Part shown: piece after piece, positions 23,401 to 35,775 of the stretch
How the letters are laid out: each line of letters starts with the position of its first letter
Numbering within the stretch: the first letter of the stretch is position 1
DNA from: Tubiluchus corallicola
Lineage: Eukaryota; Animalia; Priapulida
Length of the DNA: 64,000 nucleotides
Assembly: GCA_030141605.1 (NCBI GenBank)
Contig: JAQGDQ010000307.1
Coordinates: 210,845 to 274,844, forward strand
Direction of reading: 5' to 3'
Made by a program: the position numbers and the translations under genes
The notes under the pieces: generated by a model
The model's database searches: none
The model's input: the letters and a program-made list of their open reading frames with translations, nothing else
What the model was told of the DNA's origin: nothing

Positions 23401-26400
23401 CTCACTTATGCAGTGGGGACATTTTAAGTTCCTGTTCAACACCATTCTAGGCCAAAGGTCACATATGATACAGACTTACAACTTTACAAGTTTTTAAGAG
23501 ATTTTATTCAAGATTTCACAGCAGTGACAGCATATCACAATTACATCCTTAATCCATCACTGCACAGTGCATCAAATCAGCTAATATGATAACACAGTTA
23601 CTACCTATTACGTCTAGTACTAATTGCTATTTATAGGAAAACAAGCTGCCAGTGTTTATGAAATGTACACAAACTTATGGAGATATTTTAGATTATAAAG
23701 TGATATGATTATGGGTAATTTATTTAATTAAATTTTGATGACAATAGAGAATTTAAGTGATATAAATCCTATATAGAGTAATGGAGTTTGTTTTATATAT
23801 AATGTCACATAACTTTATCACATAATGAGTATGTTTTGAGCCTGGGAACTTGCACGAGGCAAAGGAGACTTAGGGCACCAACACACCTTAATCAGGCCTT
23901 GAGTGGGAATCAGGTGTTTTAACAGCTAAATTTTGTTTGTTATTAGTAAACCCCCTACAATAAAGCTTACATAATTTTTGCATAATATGCTAACACAACA
24001 TTATACAATCACACTTACTAAATGGCGTGTATATACATATTCATATTGTATGATAACAACACACATTTAAGTACAACATAAAAGAAACGTGAAACTGAAA
24101 AACTTTGACAAAAAATATTAAAACATGAAAATGCAGACTCTAAGCAAGACACACGTATAAAATCTACTGCATGATCTGCAGTCTTACTGTAATATGGATC
24201 CAAGTTTTTATCTCCTTCGTCTGGCATGTCTCCTGCCATGACGTCAAGAGTCATAACGAGAGCCTTACCGATTCCACCTGCCGTGAAAAAAAACAGAATT
24301 CACTTAATTATTATAAGGTCTTTTCAACAAAAATGGAGAAATCTTCATTCTTGTTAAATAGAGTTTCATGCATTTTCCATTATTGACTGATTTGTGTCTG
24401 TATTGCAATTTAGTTTTTCAGCAAATGCTGCTCCTCACAACGACAGGTCAGCATAATCGAAGCACATGCCTTTTGCACAATCAAATCCAGTGCACCAATA
24501 AATATTAGAGTATATATTCACTAACAAAATCACCAATGTGAATAGAAGCAAAGCCTGCAACCTACTACATGTATGAAGACAATATCATGTAGTTTTCCCT
24601 GTAAAGTGCAATTTCTTTTCGTAATGACTAACAATTGCCAGACTTGTTACGGTCTTGAATACTTACGTAAATCTTTATCTGCTTTCTCCCGAACAACCAA
24701 ACGTTTAAGATGCTTTGCCATGACAACAGCAAACACGTAAAATAAATACATTGCAATGAAACCTGAAACATATGCGCATTAATGATTACATTAACTACAC
24801 TTGTAAAAATAATTTTAAAACAAGAGCAACTTCACATCAACTAAGTGCCAAGAATTGCCAACAAAATCATATTTGACTCTGCTGTTAACAATTCTTCTAA
24901 CAGTTCTCCACATTTTAAACAATAAACTTGTTTCGTGTTTCGATAAAACAGTTATGCCCAAGTTTTTACAAAAGCTGTTGGAAAACTGCCCAATTATATA
25001 ATCATAATATAAGAATAATGCTTATCACTCTCAAATCAGTCTTTTTAAAAATGTAGAATGCTTCTTAAATGCTTTGGTGTCAGTATCTATGTTAGTGGTA
25101 AACTAAGAGCCACTCAAGATGTTATTTAAGGCTACCAACCAAATATAGTGTTGAATGCTCGGTGATTTCATATGCCTTATAATGTATTACACATCTTTCA
25201 ACAGCTGAAACTTTTTATAATAAATATTATTATTTTATAATACAATTTATTATTAAAACAGAAACACCACCACAATGCACTTTATACTGATACAAGATTC
25301 TATTTATTGGAGCTATGTTTAAAACCACCTAAAAAATAACAACACTGTAGTCATTATTGTTTTATTTTTATTTTCAAATCAAATGCCTTATCGCAATAAT
25401 TTCAAGAGAATTTAAGAACCTTATTAATTCTTATGGTCTTACATGAGCAACCATAACATTTTTATTGATTCTACTGTGTATTTCTACTGTGGATGTATGG
25501 CAAGAATGATCTTAATTAAAAACATCTAACACAATCTGAACAAATATTACAATTCATTTCACTGTACAATGTATATACAATACAAAGACATTTAATTACT
25601 ACCACTATTTCTGTTACCTGCTGACTGCCAAACATCAATTCGACCTACGAACAATACGGTCCATGTCCAGTATATTGCAATCAAATAAAATGTCAAGTCT
25701 CGCATGAGAGGTCTTTGAGCCAGGTAAAATGGCTTCAACACAGCTATTGTTCCAGCAACAACAGCAGTGACGAACATTGCAGCACCTAAAAATGAAGAAA
25801 GTAGAGCCTCAGCGAGAAAATTAATTAACTTTCCGGCTGAAGCTAAGTGTCACTAGTGTTTAAATTTTTTCTAACCAACCACCTATAATTTTAGATTTTT
25901 TTCAAAAAAATTATTTCAGTAAATTGACAAAATTATACTGATTAAAAAATTGATGTAAATTTTTGCCAAGCACCTTTTACGTTAGCCTTCTAGTTAGCAT
26001 ACCACATTCTCTTTAAAAAAATTAACAGAAGTTTTAATAGCTACATTTGCATAGATTCTCTATATTAGTTGATTTCGTCAGACAGCCAAAATTTTTGCTG
26101 ATTCTACTGCATTCACTCACATTTCTTAATGTCTAAGTCTGTAACTGAAAAAAACTTTTGTAACCAAAATCAACTCAACAATTCGCTTAAAAAATCTGTG
26201 TTTGCGTGTGCTCAAAATAAAATGTTCAATTCATCATGTAAAATCATTTGTGAGGATACTACTAGATAACATCATTTGTTTGATTTATTTTTAGTATGCC
26301 AAGAGAAAGTGACGTCAGCCATCATTAGCTGTAAATTTGATCTTTCAATTAGAAACAAACCACAGAGGGTGAAATTCAAATAGCCGGAACAAAAATTATT

Positions 26401-29400
26401 AAATGCATAAACAATTATTACACATTATTATGTAAATCACAGCTGGTGATTAGTGACCAGTACTGTAAAGACCAATAGTCTCATCTACATTAGCTGCATT
26501 AGACTGCAACAAGCACCAACATGGCAATTCACCACTTGATAAGGATAAATCTTACCAAATAAGGATCCAATTGCCATGCCTGGATCTTCTTCTGAAGCAC
26601 TAATGGCCGCTATGGCTGAAAATATGTCAGGCGCACCATTTCCAAAAGCCAAGAACGTCACACCGTAAGAATTTATTAAGGTCCACATTAAAATAGTAGC
26701 TGGGATAATAAAACCAATTTCTCACGAATTCAAAAAGAAAATTAATGGATTCAAAACATGAAAATATCTGTCGCAACAATGAGAAAATTCAAGAATGTTA
26801 TTGTTTACTAAAACAGAAGAGCAACACAAGGATTGTTAGCTCAGCATCACAATTTAATTTTATTCAGAACTTAGTCCAAGGTGAACTTAACAAATATTCA
26901 AGTATAACAAAATTGAAGGCATGTTCACCATGCACCTGGCCAGCAATGCAACCATCAAAGTCACTACCAAAGACAGAAAATAAATAAAACTGGTTCTTTG
27001 TGATGGTAACGCATATTAAGCAATGCTCTATTAAAATGAGTATTCCTCTTTAGTTCTTTAAATTCTGTAGTTGGGTTATGTTTTAAAGAAAATTAGCAAT
27101 ATTTTCAAACTCCAATTCGCAGTATTAAATTTTATAGCTACTTAGTTATCACTAATTGACTTAAAACTTGCGGCAAAAGGATATAGCAACATTCTGACTC
27201 AGATTCATTGTGTCAGAAATAACAGCTAAACATGGACAAAAACTGAAAAAACAAATAAACAATACTGATTAGTCTAATTCATTAATTTTGAACATAGAAG
27301 CTGAAAGGCATTTATGGCTAGAATGTCTAAAGAGTTGCTCGGCATCACAAGTACATGGCTCCGTAGTACAGCATGCACATTTTGAATATACGGCTAACAG
27401 TTCAAATACACATTTGATTCAAAATTTTTATCATTTCGTTTCATTTTCCTCAAGGTACTACATGAAAAGCTCATTAACTTTTTCACTAACTATAATAGGT
27501 TCTGGTCATCATTTAACTTTAACAGTTAAATGATTTTTATTTAATAAACAATTTCACTAATAAATAACAATAATTTTATTGTACTGAAATGTGCTACAAT
27601 TAACTGTAAGTCATAGTCTGCATGTGTGAACACACTATTTAGTCAGAGTTCCCATGATCCCCTGATTCCCCTGTTTGACCGAAAACCAAAAATTTTTGTC
27701 ATCCAAATTTTGAGCAGAAAGATTTCCACATAGACTTCCAAATGATCACATGTGCCAAATGCTGAGGTTTACAGCCACATTCAACAATTTTGCAATTCCA
27801 ACCTGTGACCTTCGAGCCCAGGATTTTTGCAGACCGTTGCTTAAAAATTGTCATCCACCACCTAACACCGATACCTGACACAATCTAGAACAAAACCTGC
27901 CTCTACACAGGACAAGCCTGCCCTTATGACACTAAAGTTGCAATTCTTTGAAGTACTCAATACTGGAGGAAAACACTGTTCCAGGAAGGGGAATTTGTTG
28001 ACTTGTCAGTAAGTAATGGATCACTCTAATTCTTCACATTGAGTTGACTTGGGTCTTCCCCCAACCCCATAGCTGCTGGGCAGCTGTTGATGTTTTTACC
28101 TATTTGCCACTGTTCTGGATATACTCTTATGATGATCTTTGACCATGACTGTTTAACTAATGCTTTCTCGCACCAAAAAACTCAATGCTTTCTAACTAGC
28201 TTAACTCAGACTGTAGACAGAGACTAAAGACGTGACAGTTTAAGGCATTCAGGTTGCCTGAGCCAGGGGACTTAAATGAAGTACAATATGCAACACTACC
28301 TAAAGTTATGTCTTACAAGTATAGATAACATAAAACACATAATAGTAGTAGAATAATAAAAAAATGATTAATCTTAAAATTAAAGCATGATTTTAGACAC
28401 ACTATATATTATTATTCATAAACACTTACTATTCATCAGCAGTGATTCCCAAAGCCATAAATAATATAATCAGCAAAATGACCTGAAAATATATAAAAAA
28501 CATCTGGGTGAACTAACTGCTAATAGCTGCTGCATCTATATAACATCTACTTCTGTGACATCCATGAGACAGGGGATAATAAGCAAGCAACAGCATGTTC
28601 ATATTTGTTTAGATATAGATCGCACTCTCAATAACAGCATTATTTTTTTATGTTGGAGTATCATTCTCCTTTATGCGTAATCTCAAATACTGAGCACTGC
28701 TTACCAACTAGAAAAAAGTTGTGCAAAAAACATGGACAATCAAGATAAACACAGACAAGACCAATGTAACATCACAATCACTGTATCTAAGACAAAAATT
28801 GCAAATTTAAACAAATTTATTTTCAGCAAATGCAGAAAACAGATTTCAAGTAAAATATGAAAAATATATGAAAATGTGCATGAAAATGTACTTTGGATAT
28901 TAATGCCAAGAAGCAGGTCTAGATGCAGATAATAAGATTAAACTAAGTCGTCGTAGCGGACAGACGTGGATGGACAGAAGGAAATTATTTTAATTACTCT
29001 AAATTTAAATTTACATTGTATTTTCATCATACTTGTTTCAACTTTTGTATAGTGTTGCCATCTTCAGGCATAATTGTTAAAATTGTTAAACCTTTCTCTC
29101 ACTGTTTTAAATTTCATTGGCTTCTACAGCCGTCATGCATGCGTAATTTCTAAACCTGTTTTCACACCTGAATTGATTTGGTCACTTGTTTATAGCCTTT
29201 CGACATGACACTACTTCACTGATATGTCAACACTACTTCCGAATAAAATCTTGAAACTAATTTTTTTTTTTTTTGGTTTCTTCGAGCCAATGTCTAAATG
29301 CATGAATTTATAACCAACTGCATTGCTGCAGTAGACAAAGAACAGCAAAGCAGTACTTACCAATAATGTCATAATAAGACCTAGTTGATCCTGATAGTCA

Positions 29401-30204
29401 CAGTAGATCATTGGAAGATAATCCAGGAAACCATCATCAATTACGCAATCACTTGTGTTCCGAATAAACCAGCAAACTCCTGCTGGATCCAATATATCAT
29501 TATCATGGAAACTGCGACACTAAATGATAAACAAAAAATAGGTTTACAATAAAAAATATGAAACAAACACTGAAAATATGCATGCAATTGCACATAAAAC
29601 TTGATGAAATTAGTAGTAAATCTAATGACTTGAGATTTTTTGGTATATAAGAATAGCAGCCTGATGATGCACCAAAGGTAAAAAACGGCAAATTTTGGAG
29701 TATGTTTCTAAAAAGTAGGCAAAATAATACTGGCTAGCAAAACTTACTATTTTGAAAGCCTTGGATTAGAAGACAATGTACATTGCTCGGCAAGTAAGCA
29801 GTAAGAATGGCTTAATAAATACCCAAATAAAAAACATGCAAGTATCTAAATCAAAACAAACAAACCAAAAAAACAAATAAATGAATAAACAAACAAAAAC
29901 ATAAATACAAATATAATGGCAACGATTCTAGCAAGTGAGAATTTAAAACACGTTTTCATACCTCAACCTCTTCCTCATCATTTGCGTAGACATCTTTCTT
30001 CATGCTAGACACAATCCGATCACTTCCCAATAATGATCGAGACAAATATCCGGAAAAGCCTTGCAACTTCACCTCATTGTTAACAGATTTACCATTCGAC
30101 CATGTTAAGAATATGGTAGAAAAACCAACAAATGCAACAGTCATAACACACATTTGCAAAAATCGCTTTTGTCGGCGATACGTTCTAGGAATATATGTCG
30201 CCAT
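11555..30204 (-). CDS. SLC8B1: Mitochondrial-type sodium/calcium(lithium) exchanger NCLX (SLC8B1/SLC24A6, CCX family), 22 coding exons, ~936 aa
   Basis: Exons in transcript order: 29962-30204, 29361-29519, 28430-28482, 27185-27242, 26556-26664, 25618-25785, 24667-24762, 24188-24277, 21782-21953, 21015-21145, 19917-20012, 19543-19611, 18891-19028, 18234-18411, 17848-17927, 16977-17045, 15704-15870, 15005-15140, 14444-14559, 13216-13450, 12538-12605, 11555-11734. Total 2811 nt with consistent phases and no internal stop. NCLX hallmarks: 'CWFIRNTSDC..DDGFLDYL', 'ADEYFCPCL', alpha-1 'GVTFLAFGNGAPDIFS', 'PLMRDLTFY', alpha-2 'GLTFLAWGNSIGD', 'MAISACFGGPLFNLLLGIG'. Loop exons are less certain than transmembrane exons. 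Confidence 0.9.
12606..13215 (-). other. U12-type (minor spliceosome) GT-AG intron in NCLX
   Basis: 5' splice site GTATCCTTTT (U12 consensus). 3' end TTTTTTTAACCATGCCTTAG has a branch-point-like TTTTAAC about 10 nt before the AG. Splicing restores the conserved GGPLF-N-LLLGIG. Confidence 0.85.
15205..15288. repeat. Near-perfect 84-nt inverted repeat (hairpin) in an NCLX intron
   Basis: Arms of ~40 nt differ at only 3 positions and are centred on an ATATATAT core. Confidence 0.9.
17372..17418. repeat. (TA)n microsatellite
   Basis: About 23 perfect TA units. Confidence 0.97.
20439..20934. mobile_element. Tc1/mariner(pogo-like) MITE, 496 bp, in an NCLX intron
   Basis: TIRs CAGTGGCCGCCGCTTATTGTGGACAC and GTGTCCATAGTAAGCGGCGGCCACTG; TA on both flanks (20437-38 and 20935-36); internal subterminal repeats of TGTCCA(T/C)A(T/A)TAA(G/C)CG; CpG-rich relative to the flanks; no transposase. 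Confidence 0.9.
22607..23562. mobile_element. Possible degraded hAT-type non-autonomous element
   Basis: Begins CAGGGGCGGATTAAG; CTTAATCCATCACTG ending at 23562 is an imperfect reverse complement. No intact target-site duplication. Confidence 0.3.
26665..27184 (-). other. U12-type (minor spliceosome) AT-AC intron in NCLX, 520 nt
   Basis: 5' end GCT|ATATCCTTTT; 3' end GGACCTTAATAAATTCTTAC|GGT (branch point ACCTTAAT, terminal AC). Joins 'LSQNVA' to 'GVTFLAFGNG' in frame. Confidence 0.93.
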
Positions 30205-33200
30205 TTTGTGCAATTATTACAAAATAGGTGAAATAAGAAACGGTATAAATTACTATCAGCTGCAGTTTACACTAATGTAATTTGTCTCAGCTGGAAGCAT
30301 TGGTTAGTACTTGGTGGAAACAGAAACTTTAACAATTGTCTTTACTTTCTATATACAACATTAAAATTTCATTTGCAAGACAAAAACTGAGGTTGATAAA
30401 CCAAAGCACTTTTGATGCATTACACAGATTTATAATTTTAATGCACTGCTCAGAGTGAACAAACACTTTGAAAGCTTTATAGAGTGTTTGAACGTGAAGC
30501 AATGAAAAATGTTTCGGCAACAAAGTAGCAAACTTCTTTGATAATCTAATAGCAGGAGATAAAAGAGGGGATGGCATACAGAGTCCTACTAACAGTTCTG
30601 AAATTGAAATCGCTTGACAGAATATTTGACAAATTATATCATAATTATTATAATTTGTCTGTGATCTAATTTGAAAATTAAACAAAAAACAAATTAAAAA
30701 CTTGTAAACTTCTTTTAGTATCAATAAACATCCCTTCCAAACTCCCCTCTACGAATCTGCATGCGGCAACAGTACATCTTTATATGGAATTATTCAAAAT
30801 AATCTCAAAGTAACACATAATCCATTTACAAACAAGTGTATGTATAAACTTGGATTAACTCATATATAGGGTACAGCAAGTGCAATTATACTATAAAAAC
30901 TGTGAGATTACGATGTGTTGTTACAGTGGTGGAAAACAAATACATCCTTATGAACACTTAATATCATTTCCCTTATGTTCACCAGTAGCCATTACAAATG
31001 TTCTTTGAAGCTATTACGTATTGTAGAAGAGTTAATGGTTTAATAAAATAATTATGTATTTACTATTATACTGAACTGTGCAAAACTTATGTAAGAATTT
31101 GCCTGGCAGAAGTTGTTTAGGCCTAATCACAAGATTGCAAATGTTATCCCATTCATGAAAATATACCAATAAATTTATTATTTTGATAAATAGTACTGCA
31201 TTTACTCATTCACCAAATTACTTTTCATTTCAGCTAATACTTTTTGTTCTATTTGCTGAATTCTTTGTATAAAATATTGCAGCAAATGTTGCTACGATGA
31301 GTTTTTGAGTAAGTGTACTGTTTGTGTTGACAATTAGCTTTCACCTTGAAATTGCATGTACATGTACTTGACATTTTGTACCAAATGCACTTTAAAAAAA
31401 TTTTGAATTTGCTTTAAATGGACTAGAGATCTTTTCCGCATTTCCATATTTCTGCTAGTAGCACTAGTGTTAAAATTCTTATCGTATCAATTAATTTTAT
31501 ACAAGAACCCCTTGTTATTGCACTTAAAGAATTAAACAACAACAATATTTAAAATACAACTTGGTGAATTTTAATGTGCAAAAACAATTTTTCTAAAATT
31601 GCTTAAGAAACAACTTTTCAATAAATCTCGGAAATCACTAAATACAAGACTACAGCCATTATTGAAATTTTATATTATGGTATAAAAATGTATTATTGAC
31701 AAATGTGTGTTTTGCTTATTTCCCAGTGATTTAAGAATTTCTGAAGAGCACTCAAAACTGCAAGGGTCAAGGAGTAAGAAAGCATAACCACAATTTTCTT
31801 GGTTGATTTTAAGAATTTCGCTAAAGATAAACATCTCAAAAATATAACAAATATAATACCAAACTTAAACATAAAAAAATTTACAGATTCTTGTCAAAAA
31901 AAACGATTTACTGATTAGGAACAAGAAAGAATGAATAAGGACTAGTTTTAAACACTAAAAATCTAACTGCTAAATTCAATAACTACTACCTACTACCATT
32001 CAAAATAACAACTCGTGATTGTCTCTTTACTGGAAATTGAACTCAAATCTAGTTAAAGTTTCATTTTTTAAATTTAAACTCAAATCAAATTCATAGTACT
32101 TATCCCAAACCAAGTCAAATGTAATCAAATACCCAATATGACATAGAACAAAGGCATTTTAGAAAGAGGATAGTCGTAACACCAAGAATCCAGGTAGAGC
32201 AAATATGGCAAAGTTTTGCTGCAATATCTTTACATACAGATATTTCACTGTGAAGGTAATTGAAAAGTGACTTTATATACGTTTTTATTCAAGCTTAGTT
32301 GTGTTGAATATTAAGCTAACTATTTTGTATTAGCCAAGACAAAATGAGCTAAAGCTATACAATAGTTGACATAAGTTGAAATATTACAGCTGAAAAGGAT
32401 TTGAGATAGCAAAAAGTCTGTCTACAAAGACCTAAAAGAAAACATTCCTTATTGGCAGCTAACTAAGTGTTTACAACACTTTATCTGCCACTTTAATTTC
32501 AGCTACCTTACACAACTCATAATCCACCTTTAGGTTGTGGCTGTTTTTTGTCATTATTTGAACACTAGGCTAAGTGCTTTGAACTTCACAGTTGGGCTCT
32601 GTTATTTCTAAAAAGTATCAATGAAGTTTTTAGTTTCTAGAAGAGCTCAGAAAGCTCCAACCTACAGATAACAAATTTTTAGATAACTAAGCAGTTGACA
32701 TTAATGATGCAAGTTACTACTCATTATACATTCAAGTCTTATACTTTATAGATTGCTTTAACTTCAATCTTTCCCATTTCCAAACTACTTCAAACCTTCA
32801 TGTGCCTAAACTTCTTTGCGTTCAAACGTTAATATCTAAACCATAATGTGTCTATACTTCGATAACCTCTTTATATTTGGACCTAAACCTCAATGCATCC
32901 AAAAACTGTGAACTTTCTGTGTGTCAAAAAAGTTTCTTGTCAAATTTGCATGCATTCTGAACAATTTTGGATACTAAAAATACTACTAAAAAAATCTCTT
33001 TAATTAAACAACCCAAAAACCACACTTGCACTTAAGTTGCTACAAGCAATTTGGTTTATATGAGGCTGTTATTATCTAATGTGACTGTCAAATGTAACAC
33101 AAATACAGATTAATCGAGTAGGTGGTAGGTTAATATAAGGAGGTGTATGTGACATTAAAAATGTAAAATCGCCTCATCTTGTTTCCTTTCTTTAGGCCAC

Positions 33201-33556
33201 AGCAGCACCATGTTTTTTAAGTCCCTGTCAGTTTTTAGGGTACTTTTTGACAGTAAGTTTAGCTCTCCTGCAGTGATTAACACCATTTTACCTTCTAAGA
33301 CTAGCAACTTCATGTAAACTTGGTAAGTCAGATGGCACTGCATTAACATTTTTCAAAAAATTCACTGCAAAATGAAACTAAGTTTGTTGAAAAAATATGT
33401 TCATACTTAAACCAAACAGATGTCTCAATATACTACTCAAGATAGTCAAGATAGGGGCATGAAAATTACTAACTCTTGTTAACTGAATACAACATTCAAC
33501 AAAATTGAACATGCAGACCACTTGACCATAGTGAAATGCTTTGCTCTCATCAACAT

Positions 33557-35708
33557 CTACTGGACTAACAATGACCGCATGATACCCATTGATGATCCTC
33601 GATACCCAGAGCCAAAATGATTCCTAAAACCAGAAATGGGATACTAAATATTTAAAAAATATTTGCATGGATTTTTTTAAATTTTTTACTCATCCACTGA
33701 AGAACAAGAGATCAATTTTGACAATATCTCATACACTAATTTAGTTTGAAACAAATTAATCTGTAGACAGATAGAGATAGACAAGAAAGCACTAAAAAAT
33801 AAAAAAATGAAAGCCATACACAAACACATAAATATAATATGAATGAATAATAAAAAAACAAAAAACACACATGTTAAATTAAAGCCAGACAAAATTATAA
33901 TTCTGTATATTTCAGTGGTTGCATACTGAAAGCACAACAATCCTATGAAAAAAATGAAGAAGCTCCACTACACTGTGATATTAGAAGACAATAACCTACC
34001 AGTGATTAAGATAATGAAACAGCTGGTATAACTGCAGTCGTGAATCAAAACCAGATGCTTTTGGAATCAACATGTGGTAGCTCCTAAAACTTGCACTAGG
34101 AAACCCACCAAACATTGTAGCAATACCAAAGTCATATTCGTCATGACCGTAAAATGATGCCGGATCGAAGATTACTGCCAAAGAAAAAAATCATTTTGAA
34201 TAAATTTTAAATAAAGATTATTGCAAAATAAATGATTTGCTTCATCTATAGATCATCACACTATACAACAAAGCTAAATAAAAAGCTCTTCAAATCAATT
34301 TAGCATTTCAGTCTTTCAAAAGAAGACTAAGTTAACCAAACTTCTTCACATGCTTATAAAAAAGTCACTTGCAGCAGAAATAACCAACATTAATAAATTA
34401 ATGATTGAAGGTATTTTCAGCAACTGCTTCTATTTTACACAACCTGGTTTTATTATTTGTCATCCTTCTAGTCTTAAAAATATCCCTTCAAGGCCTACGT
34501 ATTTATAGTACGTAATGATATATATATATATAGACACATACTGCTAAGTTCACATTACTTAAATTTGGAAGCAAGGGCACAATCAATATCGGTGGATCAA
34601 AAGCAAATAATAATTCAAGTTAAGCTCAAATATTTATGGTAAAACGAATTTGTTGGTATACCCATTCACGTCAATTACAGGCTTTGCTATTGAGTGCTGG
34701 ATTCCAGCTTGCGCAATGCCGAACAGGAAAAAATACAGCATTTCCTTTCAACTAAATACATACATACACACTCACTGTAAATAAATGCAAGCAAAAAGAT
34801 AAAGAAAAAAATGAAGAAAAATGACAACTACAACAGCAGTGATGACAACAAAAACAACTATATCATGTTTATAATGACTCTTTTGAACAATTGAAAAGCA
34901 AGCTGAAGCATTTACCAAGCAATCTCCAAACATGTCAGTTCTACAGCCTGACCACTAGCTAAATTTCACTCAAATATGAAACTTTATATGTTCTACTCAA
35001 CAATCAAAACTACTTATCACTCTATTTAGTATAAGTAAAAATGCAAGTGATATTATTCAATAATACCTGGTCCACTTTTTGTGGTAGATACATTTCCTCC
35101 CCACAAATCTCCGTGCACTAATGATGGTTTGATATCTAACCCTTCAAAAAACTTAGGAATTTTCCGTTGCAATTGCCCCCAAAGCTCTATTGCTTCTTTC
35201 TCATGCCTCTACATTTAAATGACAAATAATATTGTAAAATAATTTATTGTAGCTGCTTTGTGCATTTATATTGTATCTTTATTTATTTCTATTTTATTTT
35301 TGTCCAAATTCCTACTCTTACAACTAATTGCATACAGGTTAATTATGAGAAAAAGAAAAACACGAAGCTGTGCTCACTATAGGCCTGCAATTATTTAGCA
35401 AGCCTCAAATGTCTTAAACAGTACCGAAAATCAAACAGATATGTATGCAGTTTCCAGTACTGATATTTTTCTAGTATTTCCATTATTTTTTGCTGCTTTC
35501 CATCTGGAAGTTGTGAGTTCAATATCGTGGCCTGGCCGCACTAAAATTGGTACTTGTTGTTACCTTATCTGATGCACGGTATTTCTGTGTGCATGGTAAA
35601 AGCTGGGAAACAGTAATCTCTGTTGTGTTGGTGTAGTGTGTTATTTACAGTCAGCAATAAAGCCTCATGAATTTAAAGACAAATTTAAATAAAGGTTTTT
35701 ATTGTTAA

Positions 35709-35775
<67 letters not shown>

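Noticed and set aside
27800-28280. Possible retroelement coding remnant in an NCLX intron
   Set aside because: The composition differs from the flanks, but I could not recover a convincing protein motif by eye.
33480-33559. Stop-codon read-through or a second ORF after FN3K (TAG ATG TTG ATG...)
   Set aside because: The downstream frame is only ~26 codons, lacks a read-through context, and FN3K already has the normal family length.
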